Shown piece by piece: positions 50,896 through 64,000 of a stretch of DNA of 64,000 bases (positions are counted from its first letter, which is position 1; each line of letters starts with the position of its first letter). The DNA is taken from positions 2,356,001-2,420,000 of the forward strand of contig CM082598.2 of NCBI GenBank assembly GCA_040954595.2. Direction: 5' to 3'. The position numbers and the translations under genes are program-made. The stretch is from Balanoglossus misakiensis (Eukaryota > Animalia > Hemichordata). The notes below the pieces were generated by a model. The model saw only the letters and a program-made list of their open reading frames with translations. It was not told the DNA's origin and did no database searches.

Positions 50896-53800
50896 CTATT
50901 CTTGCACCATGACCTCGACTTCACACAAATGAAGAATTTGTGTCTTGTCGATCAGCTGAATGCTGATGTATCTTCCAGTCATGGGGGTCTCACAACCACA
51001 AGCCACAGTAATGGTCTCCTGTCTGGATCGCTTACCCAACACCATGTGACCACAGACTGGATTGTCCTCCATGTTAGGGCTGTCACCAACGCGAACTTCT
51101 GCGTTCTTGATACGGAAAGCTGTCATGAAAAAGTGACAGTAGATATAAATTAATGGACGATTCTATACGATACATTTCTATGACCAAATCATGTAATCTC
51201 ATTTTAATAAATTTAAAAAAAAAAAAAATCAAACTCAATCAAAATACTCCACAGTTAAAGAACTCATTTTCTGGTAATATTTGCAAACATTCCAATCATT
51301 GTAAGCGATGTCATCAAAGAAGAACCAAGTTTTCGTTTACTTATCGACTACACAATTGGTGGACTAATTAATTGATTGATTAATTAATGGATTGATTGAT
51401 ACTCACAGCAACAATCTTGTCTGTTGGTGATCACAAGTTTGTAGACACCATAGGATTTTCCCAGATCCATCTTCCACCAAGGTTGCAATTCTTTGTTGGT
51501 TTGGGTGCAAGATTTTCCAGCTGCCAGGTCGCTGTTCTTGTTTCCATCCACGGCTTTATCGGCTGTTCCTCCGACCTTCCTGTTGGTTGAACTCTGGCTT
51601 GCCGACTTTCCTACCGCAACATTCACCAAATTGGATGGGAACTCACAGGCTGTAAGAAGCATGAATAGAAAAAAAAAGCCACATGTATCAATAGACCATT
51701 TTCCAAACTCCATGAGATCCTGTGAGATCTCGCGTAGCTAGGCACTCTATATGGTAGGACATTCTCATATGACACCGGACAAACAATATGTCGTCAATTG
51801 CATTCAACAGCATAAACGTCACATATTTTGTTTGACTCTACACCTATTTTAGTTTCGTGCAAAGCTGATTTGTCATACTTAGCAAGCACCATGTTGCTAC
51901 GGTAATTAACAAAGTCTTGCGAGATCTTGCAATGACTGGAAAATCGTATTTTGACCGAATATTTACTCAAATTAAAAGTATACTCACCTAGTGTTGTTGG
52001 GATCGTGGTAGCATCTGTAAGACAGAATTGAATACTGGTGTTAGCTGAGACTGAGCATCGATCATTGGCCTTCAGTCGTCAACGATATTAGTTGAAATTC
52101 ATGGTCTGTAAACCAGTGACAGGGATATGATAACACGTACTGGTAACCTTAGTATGAGAATCTTGGCATATCAATTTAAGTTTCTAATGTATGTACTTAT
52201 AAAGTTATAGCTCATATCACATGAGTTAAAAAGTTAAATATCAAATGAAATTTCAGAGTGCATAGATACAGCATGAGGATTTCATAAAGTACCAACCTGG
52301 ATCTGGGGCTGCTGTCGTTGGTGGTGGTGGGGGAGGTGGTGGTGGTGGAGCTGTCGTTGGTGGTGGAGGAGGTGGTGGTGGGGGTGGTGGTGGTGGAGCT
52401 GTCGTTGGTGGTGGTGGTGGTGGTGGAACACCTGGAAATACGAAGTGAAGAATTCAACACATGCCAAGGAGAGAGAAATACTGTCACAAAATGGGAAATT
52501 TTCACGATACCAAAAAGACAACTGTTACACGACGATCAGTTTTCGTGTTCTCGCATGTCACTCCATCGATTTCTCCGCAAAACATTTTTAAGCGACTTGT
52601 GAAGTTCGCTCATCATTTCCATTATTACTGCAGTTTTATCAATTAGACAATCAAATAGAAAAGTATGGATTTCGGCCAAACCATGGTGGAGAAAGGGTTC
52701 AGAAAAGGTATATACATATAATGCACAAGAATTTCCAATTTCTTACCCACGGTTTCGCAAAGATAGGACTTGGTTCTAGTGCAGACATCGTCATCCCATT
52801 TGTGGCTCATGTATTGCCTGAAAAACAGAATAATAACTTTTAAATGGAAACCAGCAGAAGATGAACTGAAAATGCACACTTTTTTCTGCCATATTCCTTC
52901 TCAAAGGGTGATAATCATCTTATGCACAACTGATAAATACTCAGATGGTGAATGTTGTGTGAAAAGTTGACTTAATTACCAAAGCTGTAAGCAACGTCCA
53001 CTGCCATTGGGCTCGGCCGGTGCCCATGGGTGGAAATTCTCCAGTGCCACTCCGGTGCTGGTTGACCATCCGTTATCACCCTGTTGACCGTTGATCCAGA
53101 AATCCTTGCTGTTTAATCCAGCGTTGTTGATGACTGCCAGTAGCTTGGCGTGCTTTGCCTCACTGGTGTCTGTGGCCAGCATCATGCCCCCATCTGCGCA
53201 TGCATCTGCGGCATCTTCGTGGCTCAACTCATCACTCACAGCGACAAGTTGGACTACATTGGCTAGAGTATTAAAGAATTGACCAAGAGGTTAGACATGC
53301 TCCTTCCAATGACCTTCTTACCACTTTAGCTTGGATTGCTTTTCAATTCACAAAACTAGACAGTTAAAAGACACCATTAAGGGTAGATATATATACTGAA
53401 CTCTAGAGATACACAAACCAATATTTTAAGAAACCTGACTTTTTTACCAACAAGAAATTGTCACATTATTATAGATGGTTAACGTGTTTGGTTGTGTTTA
53501 TACAAGGTTCCAGGTGTACATTGGAATTGGGTTAGACTGGGACAGCGCAGTTCTTGTTTACACAGTGCATGGCGTTTAATAATAACTCCCTCCCTTCATA
53601 AAGTGTAATTTGCGGTTTAAAACTATTGCTTACCTGCTGGTTCACAAACATATGCCTTGGTTCTAGTGCAGACATCGTCATCCCATTTGTAGTTCATGTG
53701 TCTCCTGCAAGTGCAAGTCAGATGGTATATCAATGAACAACTGGTGAAAATTACTGGTTCCCACATGGGGGTCTTGAAATTTTGTCCATTATAATCTGAC

Positions 53801-54999
53801 ATCGTGCATGTCGTGATAATTGCTTTCTGACGACTGTTGACAGTGCGGAGTGATCTGTTCAGACGTGACGCCACAGAAGTCAGCAAAATCCAGACCAACA
53901 TTTGACTGAACAAGAGACTCACCAAAGCTGTAAGCAACGTCCACTGCCATTGGGCTCGCCTGCCGCCCAAGGATGGAAATTCTCCAATGCCACTCCAGTG
54001 CTGGTTGACCAACTGTTATCACCCTGCCTGATTCCATTGATCCACAGATCCCCACCGTTTAAGCTCGCAGCAGTGACAGCATTGAGAATCTCTGCATGCT
54101 TTTCTGCACTGGTATCAGCAGCTAGCATCATCCCCTTTGCTGCACATGAGAGGATGGCAGCACCATGGCTCAATTGTTCGGGGAAGGCGACCATTTTTTC
54201 AGCTGAAAATGAAGTATGATGTAGTCGGGTCAAAATATTTATGGACAAAAGCACCTTAAATTGAAATTTAAATACGTACATTAAAATTATGGCAATCGTG
54301 CATACAAGTGAATATCTACACTTCTATAACTACTATTTTATTCACCTGGTTTCACACAAACAAAGGCCTTGCTTCTACTACAAACATCATCATCCCAAGC
54401 ATAGTTCATGGAGGCCCTGTAACACAAATGGAAGCCACAGTTAACGTCCACCAACGTGCGAGTATTCGACATCAATCAAACTGTACATGCACAAATAGTG
54501 TTATCACAGAGATTCACTTTACCAAAGTTGGAGACAGGCTCCGCTGCCGTTGGGTTCGAAGATTGCCCACGGATGATAGTGGTCCAGGGACCGTCCGCCG
54601 AGGGTGTACCATCCGTTATCGTCGCCACGTCGGCCATTAAGCCAGATGTCCGTGCCTTTCAAGCCTGCATCCAGGATAACTTCCAGTATCTCGGCGTGTG
54701 AAGCTTCGCTGATATCAGCAGCTAATTCCATACCTCTAGCTGCACAAGATTCCACAGCATCATCATGGCTAACTTGGTCGCTAATGGCAACATACTCGGA
54801 TTCTGAAAATATAAAAGTAATTTAAATGAGTGTGTTATGTGGCTATAATGTCTTGTGCCAGCAATCAATGTTTTAAGTAGAAACGAAAATTCAAAATGAC
54901 AAATTGCACACTGAATGTGTATCAATTCTAACTATTTTTGAAGCATTTCATACAAAGATGGATAGATAGATAGATAGATAGACAAACAGACAGATAGAC

Positions 55000-55082
<83 letters not shown>

Positions 55083-55912
55083 CACATGTAGATAGGTTTT
55101 ACCTGTTGGTTCACATAAGTATGCTTTGGTTCTGTCGCAAACATCATCATCCCAGGCGTATCCCATAGCACTCCTGTTAATTCAGTAAATTATTTTGAGT
55201 TAATTGTGATTCTTGTCTTTTTGTGTGTGTGTCGTTTTATGAACAAGATAGCTCACTAGCTTACATATCTACTGCAATGCAAATGCCAATGATTGCATCT
55301 TACCAGAACTGCAGGCAACGACCACTGCCATTGGGCTCGAAGATTGCCCATGGATGGTAGTCCTCCAAGGAATGTCCACTGCTGGTTGCCCAGGTACCAT
55401 CTGCGCCCCGGTAGCCGTTGATCCAAAAGTCGTTCCCCGACAAGCCACTTCGCTCAATCACAGCTTTAATGGTGTTGTGCTTGTCTCCACCACTGTCTCT
55501 CACCAGCATCATCCCTTTCGACTCACAGGATGCTTTCGCGGCATCAAAAGTCAGTTTCTCGCTAAATGCTACTGGCTGGCCACCTGGTTTTATAAACAAA
55601 AAGAAGAGAAAGCCGTTAGTGTACCGGTACATACTCTGAACGTGGTTACACTGTACGAAATTTACAGTCATAAGGTAGTTAAAACATCACAAAGTCTTTG
55701 ATATTTTAGAACATGTTACTTTTGATAATTTTCGAAACAGTCTGTGGTTCCTACACAGCATGCATGTATTAAAGGGTGATGATCGTCTTATGCCCATGAT
55801 TTGGGACTCTGGATATGAAAAATAAAGTGCTCTGTGCCTGCTATGTGGTACACGTACCTGCATGTTGAAAAAAGCACAGCAAAGCAAAGCTGAAAACTCG
55901 CAACAACTCCAT
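50896..55912 (-). CDS. Secreted chimeric lectin: signal peptide, 4 C-type lectin domains, polyproline hinge, F-type lectin domain
   Basis: Signal exon 55912-55858 ([22 protein letters not shown] ~55960). CTLD exon pairs 55583-55304/55173-55103, 54802-54523/54416-54346, 54202-53923/53704-53634, 53262-52980/52817-52747, each with WING/WLNG, EPN, C..W, WDDDVC. Pro exon 52431-52297; microexon 52014-51988; FTLD exons 51649-51407 and 51119-50896. Confidence 0.92.
51691..51950. mobile_element. Dispersed MITE-like repeat in a lectin intron
   Basis: atagaccatttt..gagatctcgcgt..atatggtaggacattctcatatgaca is shared with 57414-57686. Confidence 0.6.
54961..55080. repeat. (GATA)n microsatellite
   Basis: Directly visible. 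Confidence 0.97.
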
Positions 55913-57413
55913 TTTGGAAAATTGTCACAAACAGGACATCGTAGGCACATGTCACTCTCTTATATATACTAAGGTTTGTCAAATTGTCATGTGTTGAGTT
56001 TTAATTGGTTGTAGTAGCTGCATAATTATAACAGTAATGAGCATGATTCTTAACAACAACAAAAATAACTGAACCTGTCAAAATATTAATTTCACCTATT
56101 CAAAAGTTGTTTTCACATAAATAATTTATCAAGCTTTTCTGTTTAAAAGACACATTTTGCTGAGTTAAACCATCAGTTCGTTATCAGTTGCCATTTTTTA
56201 AAAGTACTTTCTGCCTACTGGTAAAGATGGAAATATGTTATTTTCATGATTACCGTTAACTTTTTCACATACAATTCATCAAAATCTTCATTTTACGCAA
56301 AGTCATCTTGGACATTTTAGAGAACATCTGTTTGACGCTGAACCAGAGAGGGACCACCTGTTCTTCTGTTAGTGAATCATCGTAATTAAGATTCTGTCGA
56401 AGTTTGGAGGTCATTATCCCAGATGTTGTCAATTAACCACTTGTCAGTTAGTCAATTAACCACTTCAATACAACAAGATTGGTACACAGTTTTGCTGAAC
56501 TGAAGAGAGAGATGGTTCACGAATATTCCAGCCTACTGGCTCACGATTGTAAAAATATTGATACATGTACCTATAGATACTAAAAAGATGGATACTTTTC
56601 TGTTTTTGTCAGTGAAAACAAAATGAAAGATTTTGTAATTATAATATATCAAGAATTAATGTATACACCAACTGAATTCTATGAAACTGCATTGACATTT
56701 TGCAAATTACTTGCTTTTCAGTCAAATATTAGAAATGCGGTTTATTTTTGACAAAATCAAGTAGAACAGTGAAATGTAAACTATTTTCAGGCGATTTTCA
56801 TGATCTTATTATCAAAAAGTACACAAGTGAACAAATACTGACCGATATTTCCAAACCTTAGATCCATTGATTACAATTTGCATATACGCCAGATGACTGT
56901 TAGCATCTGGCCCAAATGACCTCAAAATTTGACAGCAATTCATGTGAAAGCAAACATCTGCTCTTTTCATTAATGTGAATATTGTTTACAGAGTCTTACG
57001 ACGTATTTATAGTCACAACTGTAATCATTGTGTATTATAATCCACATTAAGTTTTATGCATGTACAGTACAGGCGTGCGAGCCTTGGAAATATACAACTA
57101 AATATTTAGCTTAATTAAGAACATATGTTCAAGGCACATGAACAAGTACTTGATTATATTTTGTAACTCTAATCAACAGTATTGTTTCTCGTACATCAAA
57201 CACAACACCAAAAGACGACGCCCTCATGCAGCAAAGAATACACTGAAGGCGCAATTTGTGTATTTGTCGCCACCTATGTTGATAAGAGATGAACTTCATG
57301 CCTGTATGCATAAACACCATGATCTAACCACCATGTTACGTACAATGCAGCAAGTATTCATTTTGCTTTGGTTAATAGCGATGCTGGTGCACGAAACTGA
57401 ACATCTAAAGCTA

Positions 57414-57686
57414 ATAGACCATTTTCTCCATGCGGAATCTCGCGTGGATAAGCAGTAAATATGGGAGGACATTCTCATGTGACAATTGGGACAAACAATT
57501 ACACGTACGGTACATGGCCCATAGATGATCGTGTTAAGCGAAGCAAAAGCTAAACTTTTTATTGAAGTCTGCATGCACCTATTCTTGTTTCATAAAAACC
57601 TGACTTGTATTACTTGGCTAGCAACCCGTTGCTATGGTTAGTAACCACGACTTGTGAGATCTCACCATGAGCGTAAAATCACCTAT
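57414..57686. mobile_element. Dispersed MITE-like repeat
   Basis: Imperfect TIR atagaccatttt...aaaatcacctat; internal similarity to the 51691 copy. Confidence 0.6.
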
Positions 57687-58959
57687 TGAAATACAAATAT
57701 CTACTCTAATGTGGTGTTTATCGTTGCCCAGTTTTCTCTGTCAGCCCAAACCATTGCCAAGGGTAACTGGAAGCCAAAAGCAGCTCATCATGTTTCTGCC
57801 CTCCACAGCATCAACAAACACTCACAGTACTTGTTATTCACATGGCGCTGTAATGTGAAAGTGGGCAAGGGCGAGAAAACATCAAATGCAACTGACGAAC
57901 TTGACTTAATAATAAACTACCATGAAATACGTCGACGATAGATGTTAGATGTGCGCTTAATACATCAATGATCGTAAATCTTGTCGTGCGATTATCCCTA
58001 AAGTAGGCGCCTGTTTAAAACGGGATTTAGCTCATGTTACAGCTTTCAAAAAACCCGATAAGTACCAAATGTGGTTTTCCTCCTAACATATGCAAGCTTT
58101 CTGGAATTTATTCTGGATGTATGCGGTCATGTGATCACGAAAGGCATTCTGAATGCGGTAGAGTATAGCCTCCCTGTGAGTTTAAACAACCACTCAGACG
58201 CCATTACGTTTGGGGATTAGCTGGAGAGTGTTTTAGATTAACCTTTGACCTGTGCAGCAGGTGACGGAATCAAAACTTCCAAGGCAAGGTTGCAGCCTCA
58301 CACAGTGTGGCAGACGTGTACAAGGATGCTTTGATATTTAGAAACGGTGGCCATGTCTGCGATCAAAAAAAAGTAAACACAAGCCGACATCCTTGATAGT
58401 TGACATGAAAAACCCCTCTGGTATATCTTGGCGAATTTTCATGCTTAAACTTGAATTGGCCAGTTTCCTTACAAGACAAAATTTTTAGTGATATAAGTTT
58501 TATTTTTAAAAGATGAGCTATAACGAACTTTAATATAGAACTAGATTGCCTTCTGGAATGTTGATTTTCTCAACTCTGCTATCACAATGTAAATCATTGG
58601 TGTAATTTCTCTCGTTTTCGTATAAGTGGTACACTCAATGTAATTAATCTAAACAAAACCGCGGGAGACTTATTAGAACAAGGCATTGAAAATTAGGAAC
58701 TATGTTGCTCGTCATTTAATTGGGCCGTCATATGGAGATCAGAATTTTGAAAGTAACTGAACCGTAATTTTTAAAAATCCTGCAGTTGTTCTACTGATTA
58801 AATTCAAATGTGTGCTAAAGAATGAAGTGGTTAAATTTGCATACCTTTAATAAAAATAAATTATTAAGCATCATAGTTTTATTCTGAGTACAGTACCTAC
58901 TACGCATGTACAATCTAGACGTCAACTAAGTACACTTTCATAATGCCAGTGTTTGTTAG

Positions 58960-59152
58960 TAAGGGGAGAACCATTTGATTTCTTGGGAAGGGTAGAGGAT
59001 TTGAATATGTCAGCAATTTTGATTTCAGCCTCTTCTATCACAGTCCTAATTTTAACCTAAGGTGTTCCCAAAGATTTTTTCCTCAGCACCATCTACCAAT
59101 TTTTTTCTCTCTCCAAAAATCCTCTCCCCAGAAATCAATGGTTCTGCCCTAA
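58960..59152. mobile_element. PIF/Harbinger (Tourist)-like MITE with TAA duplication
   Basis: taa-GGGGAGAACCATTTGATTTCT...AGAAATCAATGGTTCTGCCC-taa. Confidence 0.7.
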
Positions 59153-61594
59153 TTTTTTAAATGTCACCGGGGTTGCCTGTATCGCGATCGCCAAGCGTAA
59201 GATATTACTTGGCCTAATACTGATAAATAACTAATATCAACAGCGTACGCCATCATCAAAACTGTAATTATCCGCATGTGTGAACTTATCTAGTTTATTA
59301 ACATCTCTGACATGCCTGGTTCAAAGTCAGGTTCTTCTCATGCTGTGATAATTTTGTGTTATTCCCTGAATACATACAGTGCAGAATGTATCCAAAGATA
59401 TTATCCAACCACAAAGAATGCCCCATGGGGTGCAGAGCTTACGAATGACAGAACTAATTGGCAACGGTCCTTGCCTGTATCCTATCCGAATTACAACCCT
59501 CCAAATACCGCCTCAGACATGTCACACAGATGGAGGTCTATTCAATTCCTATACTATCAGCGCGCACCGAACCTGTTATGCGGAACGACGTCAAATGAGG
59601 CAATTTTCCGTGGTGGCAACGGCAGGAGATAAAAAAAAAATGGAACGATGTCGGCAAACTGAACCAGTGCACCACTGATGACAATCGCGGCATCCTGATA
59701 AGTGTATACACAGTAAGATGTAGCTTCCGTTGTATGCGACGAATTCAAACACAGATACCCATCTTTTATTTCTGACAGTGGCACAAATCGAGCACTGATC
59801 AAGCCCAGAATATCAACTGCCAGAGGGCTCAATTATTTGCTCTTCCGATAGAGAGACAAATAAGGCGTCTATCTCAAATTTCCAGTTGAAGAGGCAACAT
59901 GAAAAATGAGGTTTCCTACCAACGATGTCAAAGAGGGTAAAGGATTAGAAGCCGTGCAAACATTATATTTGAGCTAAGGATGGAGAGACAAAGAGACTAT
60001 CTGCCACACAGAGATGGAGACTCTGTCCATAATGTATCCAATATTTTCTACGTTATGTAGTTTCTCCAAGAGATCCTGTTTGTCCCCCTTAGAAGGATAC
60101 TGACAGTGTATAAGCTAGAAGTTTGGTCTCTATAATTCAGTAAATTATCCGTCACATTATCCAGACGTGCTCAAGGGCGTTACGATGATAGCCTCCTCGT
60201 CCAAATACAGTACGCTGGTGTAAATTTGACACTAAGTAGCCCTGGATGTTGAAAATATACTGAGACTGTCAAGAATGTTTACTTTATCCGAGTATTAGTT
60301 GAAGTTGCATCAAACACCCAAGGGTAAACATTGTCAATCAAGAAACTTCTACGCCCATGAACAGAAAAAAAATCCCTGAGATTCAGATTGTTAAACATAG
60401 GATTTCTTTAGAGTGGCCTGCACTGGCTCGGTTTATTGCGATGCTGGAGGAAGCGATACTGATCGCTGTCGCGTTGTTTCCCGAACGAAGTGATGCAAAT
60501 CCACGCCGACCAACGCTTTCTGTTCCAATACACATATTCTCACGAATCGCCGCTTGAAGTCCTCTGTTCTCCAGTACCTTAAGGATAAGAGACGCTGCCG
60601 GCATAGTTTGTTCATTACAGTAGCCTGCGACTATTACTCGCTAGAAGTATTTTTCGAAACAGGTTTGTTCAAACAATTTCATTGCGTTTCCTTGCAGGGG
60701 AAATCTCCCGGAAAGCCGTTGATGCACACTTTTTTTTCTGTGACATTTCTTGTGGCGACAAATCTGTGGCCAAATCACGTATCTATCAAAAATGGCTTTC
60801 TTTCCACGAAGTAGTTAAAAGCCAATCTCGCCTGTCAAATTCAATCGTTATATCTCAATGATGGCACAAATCTGGCCGTTCCGCATGTGCACTATTTATG
60901 GCATCGGAGTTGCAATTTTCACGCCACGTTTCACTTTTATCATTTTATCGCGGAGACACTGCAACATTTGTAAATGTTTAATATCTGACTTTTCGAATGG
61001 GACGAACACCTTTTCTAGCAACTGAATTGACAAGCTTAGGACCAGGACCCAGTTTCCCTTCTAAAGTCCGTCCCGGACGGCAACTTCCGATGCCTTGATT
61101 GATAAGTCAATTCAGCCTCTCTCTTTGTCGGCCGTGACGTTGGTAACACCACTCGATGTCAGTCTTCATCATTGCCAACAGTCTCCATGGCAACAGATGG
61201 AAAAGGAACGTGTCTGTTTGTAGGCATTCCTCTCTGTGAAACACCTCATGCGAGGAAAGCTGTTGTCTCTCCCCGCTGTCATTAGAAGGGTAATTTATTT
61301 GCACGGTCGTTTTAAAGAAATCTGGTGATGTTGTTTTTAAACTTCATTAGACGAGACCCGGCAGTATTTGCATTTTTTCAATGTTTTAATGATTGATTGA
61401 AAATATCTTTACCGCACTCGAAGATCCCTTTTGTGACGTCATTCACAGCGAATATCAGATGAGGCAATTTGCAAGGCGAGAAAATGACTTTGTGGGCTTT
61501 CAGCTCCATAAGTAACTAATTGGCTGATTATTTTTACTCCAACTGCAGAGCCAACACTATGAAAACGACGTTTGGGGGAAAGTCGTAATTCAAC

Positions 61595-61670
61595 ATGGCC
61601 GCCGGACTAAATCTCTCCTTTCGAAGTATCTGCCTATTGATTTGCATATTTGGTAACAGTCGATCGAAAG
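61595..61670 (+). CDS. Probable first coding exon (signal-peptide-like) of a gene extending beyond the window
   Basis: Good Kozak context caacATGG, MAAGLNLSFRSICLLICIFGNSRSK, consensus donor AAG|GTAAGT (phase 1); upstream CRE TGACGTCA at ~61434 and ATTGG at ~61519. Confidence 0.5.
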
Positions 61671-62919
61671 GTAAGTCATTGATGAGGATTCATTTTCTTT
61701 TCGTTTGAGCATTCTTTGGGTGTCTTAATGGAACAAAAGTGGCTGGTTGCTCAGGGCAGCCGGAATGGGGGGAGTGCACATACTCGAATATAACGCTTGG
61801 TTGAATATTCGCTCCCTCGCGAGAATCAGTACTGATGAGACACAAGCGTTGGTTGCCGGGCGTCGGCAGTCAGTATACACTTTTGACCAGCGGGAGGTAG
61901 ACGCGTCATTGGATATTTCATCCGTCAAAATATGATAAATTGTGCCGGGATGTCACCAAGCCAGGTGGCTTACAGGAATATTGATTTTGTTATTAAGATA
62001 CAAAAGATATGCTTTGGACCATGACGTGGAGTGAAGATTAAGTCGTACGTGATTTTACTTTCACTCAAAGCTTTAGAATTCTGCGATTGCATGGATTAAC
62101 TGTCGGGGCAGCAGTTACAGAACTTAGTCAGTCAACTATTCCATTGGTTAATTTTGTGTACAATTATTCGCAACAATATTAATCACCACACACTTGAAAC
62201 TTACGTGTGTCAAAGTACTGGTAAATGTCAATCCTTGCATTTTTTTAAATATGTTAATTTTAATTTCTCATTTGTCATCTCTGAAAATATAATTTTAAAG
62301 CCATATAAAATTGAAGTTCAAGCAACGTTCAAGACATGACACACTGCCGTAAAATGCACACTCTTTATCATGGCTTGCATTCCCAAAGGAGGCATTTTTC
62401 TTTTTTATACGCGATAAATTTAGTGTCCCTTGCGATTGAGGTCTGCCTCAAACGACCGCTGAAAATACAAAACAGAATTGGAGGCCAGGTCTACGTCGAG
62501 TAAAGGGCAGAAAGGTTGCTCATGGGACGGGGACCATCGTGGCAAATCTGCGGGTGTCAATTGTTTATATTTGCTTCTTTTTCAAATGACTGTGCGTTCA
62601 CATGTGCGTTCTATTTGGTCTCCTGACGCAGTCCCTGTGTGTGTCTGCCTTCGCATCTGGTACGTAACACGTTGTAATGCAATCGGGGCTGGGATCCACG
62701 CACCACACTCAACCAACATGTGCAACGACCTTGCAATGTATTAGCAAGCTGACTCATTTTCTACAACACGTAAAAGGCAGGCACACAGTCGACGTTTTTC
62801 AAAGAACAGCATTTATAGGGTTAGTCTAAGTAGTCTGAATGACCTGAAACGAAAACTCTCCGTCAATGCAGCTAATTATGCACCAGTATTGACGTAATGA
62901 ATGTAGGCGTCAATGCTAG

Positions 62920-63070
62920 TCTTCTTCAGTCTATTTTTGCTCAGATAAAAGCTTGTGTTCATGAAGCTAAGATATCGTTCTTTCAGTCTATTTCTTCAGA
63001 AAAGCTTGTGTTCATATAAAGCTAAAGATTTCATTCCTTCAGTCTATTTTGTCAGAAGAAAACTTTTGTT
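62920..63070. repeat. Degenerate ~57-bp tandem repeat, ~3 copies
   Basis: ttcagtctattt..cag..aaaagcttgtgttcat..aagcta repeated. Confidence 0.7.
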
Positions 63071-64000
63071 TATACATGGTTAAGAGATCATGTCACAGAG
63101 ATACACACACATGATCGTTGATTATGTTGATTTTAAAACCTTGGTAACCAGGATACAGTTCAAATGTTACAAGAAGCACTATACATTGGAGCATGTAATG
63201 AAATGAGTGAAAAGTCTAGACTATGATAATTAGTTTGAATATGAAGACTTATATGTAGACATGGAGGGCGAGATTTTTATTTTTAAAACAGAAATATTAA
63301 CACCGTAAATGGACTAATTGAGGAATACATACAAAAACCAGTTGATCTGTAAAATTAAAGATAATTAGCACTCCATATTTCAGAAATATCTCCCAATTTT
63401 ATGTCACCAACTGAAATATACGTTGTCCGTTTTGAGAGACGTAACTTAAACACTTTACACCTTGACCGATTGGTCAGAAACTTGTTAACGCATTGCTGGA
63501 ACCCAAGGACAAACAAACTGTAATTTGGCGAAGGTTAACAACCCAAAGCTATAAAATTCCCCCATCCAAAACTGCGGTGATTGCGTCCTGTATATAGATT
63601 TTAAGTTTATTTCCTAACACGTAAAGCGGCACGACTCCAAATTGAATACTAGAAAAATATTGTTGCCTCGGGTTAGCACTTATTCCATTGAAGCCCACAA
63701 GGCGAAGTAATAAAATACCCCTACCACAATAGCAATAAAGACCACGCATAATACCGCGACTCCTGCATCAGCTTGGTACCACCGTAAACTCCATATAAAT
63801 CAGTGTGTTATATCAAATATATACTAAAGCAGCAATTAAGATCACAGGGATTTATTGCCCGGTGTAAAAATTATACGTTCTTGGGCGCAGATTTGCGAAA
63901 GGGGGTTGCATGTATAATGCCAGGCGATACTATCTGGTTTGAGTGTATTTTTAGGTCAGAACTCTATCTTTATTATGGACAGGAGACTGTCATCTTATAG

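Noticed and set aside
59300-61310. Short ORFs that might be a decayed retroelement or pseudogene
   Set aside because: No recognisable RT, transposase or other domain motif and no consistent splice structure.

Overview
Intron-rich, AT-rich animal genomic DNA. The gene style and MITE families suggest a marine invertebrate, possibly a deuterostome such as a hemichordate (inference only). In order: the 3' end of a membrane-anchored CLCA gene (+), WEE1 (-), a TCP11L1-like gene (-), an uncharacterised tandem-RWD + RING-H2 protein (+), PWP1 (-) hosting an intronic C/D-box snoRNA that matches SNORD37/U37, ARFGAP2/3 (+), an isolated replication-dependent histone trio H4/H2A/H2B with stem-loops, SYT7 (-), two tail-to-tail secreted lectin genes, and a probable first exon of a further gene near 61.6 kb. 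The most striking element is the lectin pair. Both genes share one C-terminal cassette (polyproline hinge exon, 27-nt microexon, two-exon F-type lectin domain with His->Gln in the fucose triad) but carry different N-terminal heads: one divergent F-type domain versus four tandem EPN-type C-type lectin domains, built from phase-compatible exons. Other notable signals are an RBFOX-motif-flanked candidate microexon in ARFGAP2/3, a candidate truncating microexon in SYT7, near-identical 82-bp 3' ends in H2A and H2B, a MITE inserted inside a WEE1 splice donor, and a satellite array flanked by a 10-bp direct repeat. Exon coordinates were read by eye and may be off by a few bases.
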